DNA of 51,715 nt, from positions 126,921,531 through 126,973,245 of the forward strand of contig NC_068981.1 of the NCBI RefSeq assembly GCF_001194135.2, in the 5' to 3' direction. Both the position numbers and the translations under genes were made by a program. Below the pieces are notes generated by a model, which had not been told where the DNA came from, made no database searches, and saw only the letters and a program-made list of their open reading frames with translations. Positions 37,165-49,569 of the stretch are shown here, one piece after another. Origin of the DNA: Octopus bimaculoides (Eukaryota). The stretch's first letter is position 1; each line of letters starts with the position of its first letter.

Positions 37165-37720
37165 TGTGTGTGTATGTCTGTGTTTGTCGCCTCTGCCACT
37201 GCTTGACAGCAGGTGTTTGTTTATGTTCTCAGAACTTAGAGTAAAGACCCCCTTCAGTCATGAATGACCATCAGATTGCACCGAGAAAGTTCCCCTCTGA
37301 GGCACAAGTCCAGGCAAGGTTGTTTATGGAAGACCAGCGGTCACCCATGCATACCAGCCGTCCCTCTCCACGCCACTGATGTTATCCAAGGGAAAGGCAA
37401 AGGCCGATACAGCTTGGCACCAGTGACGTCTCATCTCATTTCTACTGCTGAGTGAACTGAAACGATGTGAAATAAAGTGCCTTGCTCAAGAATGCAACAC
37501 AGCCCAGTCCAGGAATTGAACTCACTACCTCATGATTGTGAGCCTGATGCTCTAACCACTGAACCATGCTCCTTCACTCTTATAACTTAGCAGCTTGGCC
37601 AAAAAGACTGTTAGAATAAGTATCAATTTTTTTTTTTTTTTTTAAAGTACTAGGGTCAATGTGTTCAACTAAAACCTTTCAAGGTATTACCCCAGCATGG
37701 CTGCAGTCCATTGACAAAAA
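37165..37720. mobile_element. Minus-strand tRNA-derived SINE (37240-37577) nested inside a plus-strand SINE
   Basis: Inner head (reverse) GGTTCAGTGGTTAGAGCA...GAGTTCAATTCC. The outer element resumes after the insert, with a TSD-like pair TCTCAGAACTTAG / TCTTATAACTTAG. Confidence 0.8.
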
Positions 37721-38007
37721 CTACTGAAAAATTACTAGACTGAAAAAAACATCTCACATTTGTAATATTTCAACTGACCAATAAATTGTATAGTTGGGGC
37801 AAAAATATTACAAAATTCTGCTTACATCATAAATATATAGAAATATAATTCTAGATTTTATAAAAGAAGCTTGAATGTTATAAGGTATGAAAGACTATTT
37901 GTTCCCAGTTATTATCATAGAATCTAGTTACAAAATAAATTTACTAAAATATTTATTGCTGATTTGATTTGTTCTTAAAAATATTTATCTTACATGATTC
38001 TCTCCAG

Positions 38008-38080
38008 CTAAGTGACCGTGATTCCCAAATGGAACAGATGAAAGCAATTCTCATTAAACGAATAAATCATTTACAGGACA
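38008..38080 (+). CDS. Coding exon LSDRDSQMEQMKAILIKRINHLQD, phase 0-1
   Basis: tctctccAG acceptor and A|GTAAGT donor. Confidence 0.87.
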
Positions 38081-38119
38081 GTAAGTACTCAAAGCATTGT
38101 ATCATTTTTATTATTATTG

Positions 38120-38290
38120 TAGCAAGCTGGCAGAATCATTAGTATGCCAGGCAAAATACTTAGTGGTATTTTGCCTGTCTTTACATTTTGAGTTCAAATT
38201 CTGCCCAACTTTGCCTTTCATCCTTTAGGGATTGGTGAATTAAGTACCAGTTGCATACTAGGGTCGATGTAATCGACTAACCCCCCATCC
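38120..38290 (+). mobile_element. tRNA-derived SINE (older, CpG-decayed)
   Basis: GCTGGCAGAATCATTAG...GAGTTCAAATTCTGCC...GCCTTTCATCC; homologue of 1-190. Confidence 0.8.
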
Positions 38291-39129
38291 CACCCAACAA
38301 AACAAAATTTCAGATCTTAAGGTTGCTAAAAATGAGTGCCCTTGTCAGAATTCACTGTTGTACCCACTTAGTAGGAACAAGGTATAGTTATTGCTTAGTA
38401 AAAAGTGTTTTCTTTTTAGTGTTGAAGCTTTGTTTTTTTCTAGACTTAGTAAAATAAATTTCAGTAAGAATACTGTGATGGTAACTACTGTACTGGTATA
38501 TTTCCAGGAATTAATCTGAAGAGAGAGATTCTGTTCTTAGTTATAGGTACGTCTTTATTTTTACTTCTAGTTTGTGAGAAACTAGAAGAGGTGAAAGCAA
38601 AAGATAAAGAAATGTAAGGTAAACATGGAGAGAGAGAAACCTAGCTAAAGAGGTATTGCAAAACATTTTCACAGAAACTTTTGTTTTATTCAGTTTTATC
38701 TTAACATAAATCAACATTGTTTTACTTAGGTGTTTACCTGTTATCACAATTAGATTACTTGGAATGGTCTGTATTATAAAACAAATAAATTTACAGCCAA
38801 ATTGTTAAAACTAAATTTCTTCAATTAGTTTGGCACCCTCTCTCCAGTTGGAATCATGTACTTCCCTATTGTCAGATAATTGGGTTGATTCATGGAGCTC
38901 TATAACCCTTCCTAGTATTACCTCATTCCTAACAATAACATTTCATTCCCTTTTAATTGTATTTATATCCTATAACGATGAAAATATCCTAGATGTCATA
39001 TCATGTGACCTAGACAAGAATAGAAAACAATGCTCTTTAGTTAGTTATGAATTATTTTTATGGTGTGTCATAAAAATAGTTTGGATGTTAATTATATCAT
39101 CATTTTAATGATGATATAATTTTGATAAT

Positions 39130-40050
39130 TATTTCATTTTCATGCTGACTTTCTGATGCTTGCATGGGTTGACAGGAGTTCATTGAGGCAGATTTTTCTA
39201 ATGGCCGGATGCCATTTTCCAACACCAACCCTTACCTATTTCCAAGCAAGGTAATATTTCCCCATGGCCAGACATTGAAAACAAATGATGTTCATTTACA
39301 ACAACCATGTGACATGTATACACACAGACACACACATTATGATGAGTTTCTTTCAATTTACCAAGTCCACTTGCAAGGCCTGGGGTCTATAGAAGGTACT
39401 TCCCCAAAGTGACATACAGTGGGACTGAATTCAATAACTAGACCACATAGTTGAGAAGTAAACTTCTTAATCACACAGCTACCCCTGCACCAATATACTT
39501 TATTTTAAATATTGGGGAAAAAAGTGTTGATCCCTTAAGAGTTGCATAGTGGGCCCCATAAATTAGGGAATATCACAATTTTTAAAGATGTCTGAGTGGT
39601 AAGTTGTTTCCTAACCACATGGTTCTGGGTTCAGTCCCACTGTGTGCATGTATGTATGTAGCTGTGGTTGTCTCCCCACACTGCTTGACAACTGGTGTTG
39701 GTGCGTTTACATCTCCATAACTTAGTGCCAATAAAATAAGTACCAGTTTAAAAAAAAAAAGTACTGGGGTTGATTTGACTTCACCTTTCAAGGTGATCCC
39801 CCAGAATGGCTGCAGTCCAGTGACTGAGACAAGTAAAAGATAAAGGATAAGTCTGAACTATTTAATTGATTTGCTTTTTTGCTCTGTTAGTTTATGAAAT
39901 GTTTAAATTATGAAAAACAGCTTTTAGTAATTCATCATCATCATTTAACATCCATTTTTCCATGCAGGCATGGGTTGGATGGTTTGACTGAAAACTGGAA
40001 TTCCAATCTGATTTGGCATGGTTTCATAATGCCAAATGCCTTCCTTATTG
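39130..40050. mobile_element. Cluster of SINE copies in both orientations
   Basis: Minus copies at about 39130-39490 and 39940-40050; plus copy at about 39590-39845 ending GACTGAGACAAGTAAAAGA. Confidence 0.7.
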
Positions 40051-40796
40051 TCAGTTACATTTAAAAGCAATGAAATGGCAGAAATAGCAAAGCAATAAAC
40101 ATAGTTTCATACATCTATATTCTGGGTTAAAATCCCAAGATTGGGATGTGTAACTCTGGAGTCCCATCTATCCAAGGTTGATACATGAAGTGACCATCTA
40201 CCACTAGGTTTGATTCAGTCAACTAAAGTTCATTTTCTATGGTTTTTGTATCAATGTAAAAATATATAGCTTAACACTAACATCCTATTCACTAATATAT
40301 TCTTTTCGTTACCATTATGAGACATGCAAATTACTAGGCTTTACTTTTGTGGCATGTGAATACATATGTATATTTACATGTTTGTGCATCTATGCACAAA
40401 TTCGTGTGTATATATTTCCAATACTTACCTTTGTACTTGTATACATGTCTCTATTCCTTTGGAATGGATTTCGCTGCTGAAAACTGAAAGAAGTCCATAT
40501 ATATATACCTATATAACTATCCTATTTCCCTAGTGTCCTAATGTGCATTTCATTCATTGGCTGGAAGCAATTGCTTTGCTAACAATGTCATTTGCCTGCA
40601 GTTCACTATGAAAGCATGGCTGGGCTTCTTGGTATGTCTTGACATGTTGCACAGTTTTTGGAAACAAAAAAGCTCATTTTTGTGTTTGTTGGAACTGGGA
40701 AATTACTACTTCATTTGGAAACAAGTAGGGGTTAGTGTACTGCAAACTACTCCTATCTGACTCTGCAAACATAGAAAAGTAGATGTTAAAATGATG

Positions 40797-42020
40797 AAAT
40801 ATCTATGTATCTATATCTATGTATCTATATCTATGTATCTATATCTATGTATCTACATCTATGTATCTATATCTATCTATCTATATCTATCTATCTATAT
40901 CTATCTATCTATATCTATCTATCTATATCTATCTATCTATATCTATCTATCTATATCTATCTATCTATATCTTTCTATCTATATCTATCTATCTATATCT
41001 ATCTATCTATATCTATCTACCTATATCTATCTATCTATATCTATCTACCTATATCTATCTACCTATATCTATCTACCTATATCTATCTACCTATATCTAT
41101 CTACCNNNNNNNNNNNNNNNNNNNNNNNNNNNNNNNNNNNNNNNNNNNNNNNNNNNNNNNNNNNNNNNNNNNNNNNNNNNNNNNNNNNNNNNNNNNNNNN
41201 NNNNNNNNNNNNNNNNNNNNNNNNNNNNNNNNNNNNNNNNNNNNNNNNNNNNNNNNNNNNNNNNNNNNNNNNNNNNNNNNNNNNNNNNNNNNNNNNNNNN
41301 NNNNNNNNNNNNNNNNNNNNNNNNNNNNNNNNNNNNNNNNNNNNNNNNNNNNNNNNNNNNNNNNNNNNNNNNNNNNNNNNNNNNNNNNNNNNNNNNNNNN
41401 NNNNNNNNNNNNNNNNNNNNNNNNNNNNNNNNNNNNNNNNNNNNNNNNNNNNNNNNNNNNNNNNNNNNNNNNNNNNNNNNNNNNNNNNNNNNNNNNNNNN
41501 NNNNNNNNNNNNNNNNNNNNNNNNNNNNNNNNNNNNNNNNNNNNNNNNNNNNNNNNNNNNNNNNNNNNNNNNNNNNNNNNNNNNNNNNNNNNNNNNNNNN
41601 NNNNNNNNNNNNNNNNNNNNNNNNNNNNNNNNNNNNNNNNNNNNNNNNNNNNNNNNNNNNNNNNNNNNNNNNNNNNNNNNNNNNNNNNNNNNNNNNNNNN
41701 NNNNNNNNNNNNNNNNNNNNNNNNNNNNNNNNNNNNNNNNNNNNNNNNNNNNNNNNNNNNNNNNNNNNNNNNNNNNNNNNNNNNNNNNNNNNNNNNNNNN
41801 NNNNNNNNNNNNNNNNNNNNNNNNNNNNATATCTATCTACCTATATATATCTATCTACCTATATATATCTATCTACCTATATATATCTATCTACCTATAT
41901 ATATCTATCTACCTATATATATCTATCTACCTATATATATCTACCTATATCTATATCTACCTATCTGTCTGTCTATATCTATCTATCTATCTATCTATCA
42001 CACGCACACACACACACATA
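40797..42020. repeat. Compound ATCT-based satellite spanning a gap
   Basis: 14-nt units ATCTATGTATCTAT, ATCTATCTATCTAT and ATCTATCTACCTAT left of the gap; 18-nt ATCTATCTACCTATATAT to the right, then (CA)n. Confidence 0.95.
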
Positions 42021-42075
42021 TAATCAATTTAATGTTCTCTATCTTGTCTACATTATTTGAAATATTCTTCTTCAG

Positions 42076-42154
42076 ATTCTCATACTTCTGACATGACACT
42101 TTTTCAATTAGTGAATACACTCTTAAAAGTAGAATTACAGGCAACTGAAAAAAA
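42076..42154 (+). CDS. Coding exon (N)SHTSDMTLFQLVNTLLKVELQATEK(K), phase 1-2
   Basis: ttcttcttcAG acceptor and AA|GTGAGT donor; supplies the phase 1-to-2 bridge needed between its neighbours. Confidence 0.85.
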
Positions 42155-42971
42155 GTGAGTACTGCTTCTTTTGATGTGAAATAATTACACACAAATCTCG
42201 TGTTCACATAAATGCTGTGATAGTTGAGTATATTTCCAGACAAAGAATCTTGTTTCAGATCCAAGTTGTACCAAGGCAAACATACTTTGCTTCTTCTAGA
42301 CTTTGTAATGTAATTTCCAATAAATATACCGTGATGGTAACTGCTGTAGATATATTTCCAAGGATTAATCAGAGGAGAGAGATTCTATTTTTAGTTATAG
42401 TTACTCCTTTATTTTCTCAAGAAGGTCGAGAACGTCACAACATTAATTTCTTCAGCACATAAAGGAATATTGCCAATAACAAATAATTTGGAGAGGAAAA
42501 TACCAAATATTAGCTATTTTGAATTTATATCATTTGAATGTGAAATTGATTTTTAAAATTTTATGGTAAGTTTATCTTGTTGAAAACTAGTGTCAGTATC
42601 TTCCTCAACCACTAATCGCAGGGGTTGTCTGCAACTACAGGGACTAAACAGTTTGGTTGAAAACAGTTTATTGAAGATACACTGTGATATCTCACTAAAG
42701 TTCTAGAATTTACTGGATATTGTAGCTATATATTATCTGAATCCTTTTTGACATTGAATAATCATTTTTAGCTACTACTGAGCTGTCATAACTGATTTGT
42801 TAACTAACAATATGAATATTTTCAGAAATAACTCCAACATATTTAATATTAAATTCTTTTAAGATAAATGACTTGACAGAATATGCCCTAGATACACAAA
42901 GCTATATTTCGAATTTTTTATTTTTTTAAATACAAGGTCTTTTTTGTCAATAACATATGCTTTCTTTTCAG

Positions 42972-43140
42972 GTTTCTAAAACAGATTAAAGACATTAAAC
43001 ATAGGCATTATCTGCAAAAAATGAACGGAAGCATTAGAAATGTACATTATATGCACTATCAAGACACACAAGATAGTTTCAACAAAAGCTCTGAAAATGA
43101 AAAACAAAGACAAATTAAACATCTTACAGAAGAAATTATG
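42972..43140 (+). CDS. Coding exon FLKQIKDIKHRHY...QIKHLTEEIM, phase 2-0
   Basis: tttcttttcAG acceptor and ATG|GTAAAT donor; open frame throughout. Confidence 0.85.
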
Positions 43141-43321
43141 GTAAATTTTGATATTTCTAAAAGTTTTAAGATGCTACCCTGTAAAGACTGATGTATAGTG
43201 CCTTTTTAAATTGCAGAATAAAGACATTGTTCTCTGGATAATTTATACAAATTTTGTTGGATATATGCCAAGGCAGTTTAAATTTTTATGATTCATGCAA
43301 CAAAGAAGAATAGTGTGAGAT

Positions 43322-43815
43322 CAGTGGTTTTTAACTTGGGCAATAATGCCACCTTTGGGACAGTGTAAGCTCACAAACACAAATGCTGAGGGGTTTTGTG
43401 AGAATGTTAAAAGGGATTGTAGTCTTAATATTTTATTTCAAAGAAAAATAAAGTACAATTGTTTTAAAGACCTTTTCAAAAAAATCTCAGAATTAAGAGG
43501 GGGTCAGATATTATCTGTGAGCAGAAGGCATAATTAATGATGCACCAAGATCCAATATTTCGCAATATAAATTCTCATTTTGCATCTTCATAACATAGGA
43601 GACACTAATGCACACAAATATTTAAAAAGAACAACATGCTGGATGGGATACTATAAATAAAATATGGGTGATATACCAATGTATAACCTTAACTTCTGTT
43701 TAATTTAATGTGCTTTTTTTTTCTTCTTTCTCTCTTTCAAAACCTGGGAGGTATCATTTGTAAAACACCATTCTCTGAAAAGGAATGATGAGCTACTATA
43801 GGTTGAGAACCACCA
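43322..43815. mobile_element. hAT-type MITE-like element (degenerate TIRs)
   Basis: CAGTGGTTTTTAAC ... GGTTGAGAACCAC; similar ends at about 29134 and 29615-29628. No clean TSD. Confidence 0.5.
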
Positions 43816-44229
43816 GAGTAAGAATAGGATTAACTGGTACAGATTTGCTGTAAATTTACATAATATAGTATTGTTTCAGTGAAACCACTTATGGTTTGAT
43901 AGATGATAGGTATACAATGGTCAGTTATAGATATATATAGTGTTGTCTAGTACGTCTTCAACTGTGATGATATCTGAAGTTAGAATGTAGTTAGTATGTT
44001 AATGTGGGGAAACTGAAATTTTTCAAAACAAACTTATTCAATGACTCTCAAATAGATAATCTGGTTCATTGACTTCCTCTACATTGAATTACAGCCCCTC
44101 TTACAATCTAGAGGTGCACATCAAACCTGGGTGTTGATTGTGTGGATGGAGTATTATCATTTGATTTATATTTCAACTTTGAGAATTGTGGGAGGAAGGG
44201 TTTTTTTGTTTTTTTTTTTAAATAAAAAG

Positions 44230-44820
44230 AAATTTAGTTTGAGAAAGAGGAACTAATCTGAGAGCCTTTTGAAGGCCCTTCCAGTAGGAAAGAGCTGATC
44301 TGGAAGCCCCTTGAAGACCCTTCCAGAGTAGTTAAGTTAAGAAAATTGATGTTCAGTTTGAATTTCTGTAGTGATATCAATAGAAAAAAATTTGAGTAAG
44401 GAAGGAATTCCAGAGGTATGCAATTCGAGAAATAGGTTTGAACAAAGTATTTGGGGCTCAAAAATACAGAAGAAAAGCAAATGAACTGGATTACACAACT
44501 TTCTGAACCATTGTACAGTATTAATGACAGAAAAGAGTAAAGGTGGTTATAGTTCATTAATGCAAATAGTCGTAGTGTATTGATGAGTGAAGATTTGATT
44601 AGTCGCTCTCCCTTTGGCTATAGTCAACAATGTACATGCAGCAGTGATGTCATCCATATATAGGAGCAATACTATAATGCAAGGCCTTGTATAAGCTTAG
44701 CAGTTGGTCAGGCTTAGTGCTTGACTATAACAACAAAACGGTTTTGGAGGTGCAGATTTAGAAATGTAATTTGTGAGATCAATGTCATGATAGGATTCAG
44801 GTTACTCTGTTGAATATGTT
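44230..44820 (-). mobile_element. CR1/L2-type LINE ORF2 3' remnant
   Basis: Reverse translation LLSLYKAL followed by a shifted YCSYIW block. Confidence 0.5.
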
Positions 44821-46118
44821 TATTTATATTGTTTTGAATTAATCATACATTATCTTATAGCTTTGACATTCCAATAATGTGATTTAGTTTTAGATGAAAT
44901 TGTAGGATTGAGGTGAGAAGCTGGATCTAGCCAGTTTCAATATAAAATAGGTTATTTTGGCCAGACATGGCTGGTTTGAATGCTAAAGAGTTAAAGGAAT
45001 ATTTGATTTTGCTAACATGATGAATATTTTTGTATTTTGGGGCTTGTTGTATGTGTTGATGCATAGAAATAAAAACAAACAAGATCCATTAATTTAAAAC
45101 TACAAGGTTTATTTCAATTATTTATTCCATTATAATTTGAAAATATTGTAAACGGAATGATCAAAGTATTGTTTATTTTAGAAATAAACATTTCTTGCAT
45201 TGAACCACTTAGTAATTTTAACAACCAGGTTGATGCATGATGCAGCACAAGCAGGCAACTTGCCTTTATAGATTGATGACGGTGAGATGTGATAAAATGA
45301 AGTGTGTCCCTAGTGCACTTCAAGAAAATAGGTTTTGATCAAGTGCCTTAAGGATTTTTACAGATATGACTTGTTTCATTTTTAAATCATTTTAATGGAA
45401 AATTATGGATAACAATAATAGATGAAGTAATTTAACAGGGTGGTCTTAAATCAGTTATTATAGACTAAAAGGATTTGGAAGCATTGAGAATATAGATTTT
45501 ACACAATATTGATATTAGAAATAATGGGAAGAATTACAGGGAGGGTGACAAAAAATACAAAATTTTCAACCATTCTAAGCATTTCTATACCGACAACAAA
45601 ATACTGACGGATCCAAATCTGGTTAAAATACCATTCACTTAAATATATTTTATCATTACAATTTTTTAAAAATTTTAGTGTTATTACAAACATTAAAGAA
45701 TTAAGACATCTTCTGAATAAGAATTTTAGAGAGATAATGTCATATCAGCTCACTGTTCTAAACTTTTCAAATCTCTCTTGCCATGATTAACAGGCTATGA
45801 AGATGATGTACTGTCTGTTCTAATACAAGAAACTTAAACACTGTTTGATAAAATGGAAGTCCTATGTTTTAATATCAGGATATTATATGGATAAACAGTG
45901 TAAACTATTTTTCATAAATATAAATTATATCACAGCCTTGATTGGTATAAACATAAATTATCTTTGCTATTTTTTAACTTTATTGGTTTGTAAAAAAAAA
46001 AAAAAAAAAAAAACTCAATCCAATTTAAATAATTCATACCAGTGGAATTAATTTTCATACAAGTTATTATTTTGATTCCAGATTCATAAACATTTTTGCT
46101 TCTGGGTTTTATTTATAG

Positions 46119-46252
46119 AATCTGGAAGATGTAATTGAAACTAAAAATTCTAAACTGATGCAAATAGTAAGGGAGAAAAGCCAACTTGAAGATGATTTAA
46201 AAATGGCACATCAGAAGATTTATCAATTAGAGAAAATAAACAAATTATCAAA
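46119..46252 (+). CDS. Coding exon NLEDVIETKNSKLMQ...LEKINKLS(K), phase 0-2, coiled-coil-like
   Basis: ttttatttatAG acceptor and AA|GTAAGT donor. Confidence 0.88.
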
Positions 46253-47004
46253 GTAAGTACTTATTGTTCATACTGTTCTTAGAGATCATTATTATTGACA
46301 GATATATATAATGCTGTTTAATTTTGATGTAAGAAGTGAATAGCCACAAGATTCACATTGAGACATGGCTTTAAGTTTTATATATTTTTGTGACTCATAC
46401 AAGCTGAAATATACTCAAGATGTAGAATGAGAGATTGGTTGTGGCTCAATGAAGTTCAGATGTGACAATTTTGCCAAAGATTTGATTCAAGGATTACGTT
46501 GAAATTTGATTATCACTGTTTTGTATCACAACACTGAATTTCTTTCAAGAAATTTTTTTTTTACTTTCATATAGAAAGATATGATCTGCTAATGTTAAGG
46601 ACTAAATTGAAGTTGAGTTTTTATGTAATTGCTCAGCCTGCTAAAAAGAATAGCAAAATCTTGCTCTATTTATTTTTTAAAAAAAAAACTATATTAAATA
46701 ACGTAATTCTAGACATGCTGTGTCTGAAAAATGAGATGGTCACAGCTGGAATGCTTTTTGATCTTAGACCAGCTCAGTTAGGACTGGTCTGGTGCTAAAC
46801 AACAACTACTAACTGAAATGGGACTGTTGTGTATTATTTGTATTTTAAATCCCAATTAATGAACAAATGTCATTGGTTACAGGTTCCCAATGCACCAATC
46901 ACTAGTTTTCTGTAATGAGTGATAAGGGAAAATGTGTAACTTGGGTAGACTTTGCTCAAAAAATAATCAGTTAATTGATATTTACATCTATTGCCAATAT
47001 AAGG

Positions 47005-47056
47005 ACACACACATACATACTTACATACATACATACATACTTACATACATACATAC

Positions 47057-47087
<31 letters not shown>

Positions 47088-47131
47088 CATACATACTTAC
47101 ATACATACATACATACATACTTACATACATA
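47005..47131. repeat. (CATA)n microsatellite
   Basis: Direct observation, with CTTA variants. Confidence 0.97.
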
Positions 47132-47134
47132 CAA

Positions 47135-47290
47135 TAGTGGGCTTCTGCAAGTTATCATCTACCAAATTCCACTTACAAGGTTTCAGTTAAACCAAGGCTA
47201 TCATAAAAAACTTTTGCCCAAGGTGCTGCTCAGTGGACTTGAATGAAGACCTACATGGTTGCAAAGTGAATTTCTTAACCACACAGTCTT
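47135..47290 (-). mobile_element. CORE-like SINE whose tail is the (CATA)n repeat
   Basis: GGGCTTCT...TTTGCCCAAGGTGCTGCTCAGTGGACTTGAA. Confidence 0.7.
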
Positions 47291-47332
47291 GCACAGTCAT
47301 TCTTGCTAACTTCTTTTGTTTTATTCTTACAG

Positions 47333-47411
47333 GATGAGTGTCAGTCAACAAATGTATAAACAAAACAAATTCCAAAAGGAAACTGTGTTATGGAAGGGAA
47401 ACTGCTATTGA
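47333..47411 (+). CDS. Probable last coding exon MSVSQQMYKQNKFQKETVLWKGNCY*
   Basis: ctaac branch-like motif, U-rich tract and ttacAG acceptor; phase 2 matches and the frame ends at TGA. AATAAA occurs at 47415 and 47428, which is weak evidence in AT-rich DNA. The true 3' end is uncertain (see findings). Confidence 0.7.
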
Positions 47412-48451
47412 TGAAATAAATGGTAGGAATAAATTGTTTTACTGGCAATCTCTTTGAGATAGAGAAGGTGAGTTATGAGGTAATACATAACAATTTGACA
47501 CAAGTCTAACATCATAATATATGTTCTCAACTGGAACCAAACAAAAACAATGCCGTTTGTGGGTATATATAACATGGGGTAATATGTATAAACATATATA
47601 TAGAGAGGGTTTTGTTACTTTGGAAAACAACATTTAACAAGAGATAAAACACCGGGTAGTTTTTCAAAATTATAACTATTTTTTAGTTATATAAGAATGA
47701 GTTAATTTTTTGATATTACTGCACAATGTTCTAATTTAAAATTTCTATTCCCTCCTGTCCATCTTGAGCCATGAAATCATTTGAATTTTGTTTTTTATGA
47801 AATTTAAAGACTCATTTGTATACATATATTTATGAAGTATATTTATATATACTTTTTATATTTTTTATGTATTGCATTTTTGTATCTTTTTTTCTTTTTT
47901 TTTCTTAAAACAAAAACTGAAGATTTATAACAGAAATACAATACTTGAAACTGAAAGTGAGAAAAAAAAAAAGAATTGGCAGCCCCAGAAGAATTATCAT
48001 GAACACCTTTTTTCAAATGTTTCCAGTGGGATTCTTTTTTAAGACTCTTTAAATATTTTCTTCATTAGACAAAGAAGATATTAAAATTAACTGAAGATTT
48101 ATGTTACATGATTTCATGTAAATTGCCCCAAGATTTAAAACAAAAAAAAAATTCATACTTTGCAGTTCTTTCATCTAAGACTCTTCCTCATTGTTCACAC
48201 CTTTCATTTTTTAAATAAAATAGCGTAAACTTTATTGTGAAGACCTGAAATAAAATAGAAACAAGTCAGAATAAAATNNNNNNNNNNNNNNNNNNNNNNN
48301 NNNNNNNNNNNNNNNNNNNNNNNNNNNNNNNNNNNNNNNNNNNNNNNNNNNNNNNNNNNNNNNNNNNNNNNNNNNNNNNNNNNNNNNNNNNNNNNTTTCT
48401 ACAAATTCAACTGACATTTTAATTTATAAATACTCAGTTTTTATTTTATTT

Positions 48452-48516
48452 AAAATTTTTTTATAGTTAAAATTTTTTTATAGTTAAAATTTTTTTATAG
48501 TTAAAATTTTTTTATA
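48452..48516. repeat. 17-bp tandem repeat, about 3.8 copies
   Basis: AAAATTTTTTTATAGTT at 48452, 48469, 48486 and partially at 48503. Confidence 0.9.
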
Positions 48517-49061
48517 TTCAAAGTATTTTTGCATATATCCCACATAACGAAAAGAAATACAACCATATAATATCTAAATTCACATTCTGTAGAAAAAAGT
48601 TCACCATTTTCTGCTTATAAGTTTATAAGAAATTTGAATATATATATGTATAAACATTTAGCATCCTTAATCCATAGGGCTCCATGTCTGTTTTGGTATG
48701 GTTTCTACAGCTGGATGCTCTTCCTAATGCCAACTACTTTACTGCATGGACTGGTTGCTTTTTACATGCCACTTGCTCTACTGAGGTCACCATGCAGCTT
48801 ACAGAACTATAAACCCTAGGGTAGGGTGTAGGGGTCAGCTTCATGCTAGTAGATGAGGGGGGAGTTGAACTGAAGTGTGTATGGGTATAGTACAGGTTCT
48901 TGTAGAGGATCTACATAGCTACTCACATCCAGTAGGGGAAGGGGAGAGAAAGACAAATGAATTGTAGGAGCTGAGTGAAAATGGTGATGAGGTACTTAGA
49001 TAGCCCCACAAGGCACAAGGGAAGTTGAATTGGTGTGTGTGTGTGTGTGTGTGTGTATGTC

Positions 49062-49330
49062 ACATGGCTTAGTGGTTAGGGTGTTACTCATGACTGCAAA
49101 ATCGTGGTTCCAATTTCCAGACTGGGTATTGTTTGCTTGAGCAAAAATCTTTCATGTTGCCCTGCAATCAATTCATCATTTGACATGTAGCACACTGTGC
49201 ACCTGTACAGGTAATGTTGATTTGATTGAGGAAGTGAGCTTATGTGAACACAGACACTTGATTGCTATAAACATATCTGTGTGGTTGTTCAGCCAGAAAT
49301 TGCAGAATCCTCATATGTCATCTAACAGAA
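49062..49330 (+). mobile_element. tRNA-derived SINE
   Basis: ATGGCTTAGTGGTTAGGGTG...GGTTCCAATTTCC head followed by CTTGAGCAA. Confidence 0.65.
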
Positions 49331-49569
49331 GAGGCCATGATTGTATGTCTCTGTAAAGAGAGCATATTGAGTCATTAGAGCACTAGGTAGAATGCCCTGC
49401 AGTATTTATTCAGGCTCCCTGCACTACAACTTCTGTGAGATTTGAAATCAGCAAATTACCTTTCATCCTTTTGGGGCAGATGCATAAAATACCAATACTG
49501 GGGTCGATTCTTCTTTCTATAGTTTTCTCTCTTGGGAAGAAATTGTTCGCTTTCAGACTTGGAGATGAA

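Larger units (their letters stand above)
25393..47411 (+). other. Multi-exon protein-coding gene model (13 exons, about 677 aa, 5' end unresolved): uncharacterised protein with S/N/T-rich region and C-terminal predicted coiled coil
   Basis: All 12 introns are GT-AG and intron phases match at every junction (2,0,0,2,0,0,0,0,1,2,0,2), with no in-frame stop until TGA 47409-47411. Summed exon length is 2035 nt. C-terminal exons show L/I/M heptad-like spacing among K/E/Q residues. Confidence 0.88.
4812..48395. other. Assembly gaps (N): 4812-5138, 7045-7238, 7846-7855, 16600-17169, 19481-19490, 21491-22134, 41106-41828, 48278-48395
   Basis: Direct observation; most abut simple repeats. Confidence 0.99.

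Noticed and set aside
38993-39926. Candidate exons 38993-39039 and 39891-39926
   Set aside because: The 42076-42154 exon already bridges the phases with better splice sites, and these candidates break the frame or introduce a stop in that path.
40791-42091. 410-428 aa ORFs rich in Y/I/L/S
   Set aside because: Translations of the ATCT satellite and the gap.
45794-45837. AG followed by GYEDDVLSVLIQET*
   Set aside because: Wrong phase for a phase-0 intron and no suitable donor.
49062-49135. tRNA-like sequences (also 2484-2543, 37500-37570 and 110-185)
   Set aside because: They have A/B boxes but no complete cloverleaf, and they run into SINE bodies, so they are SINE heads rather than tRNA genes.
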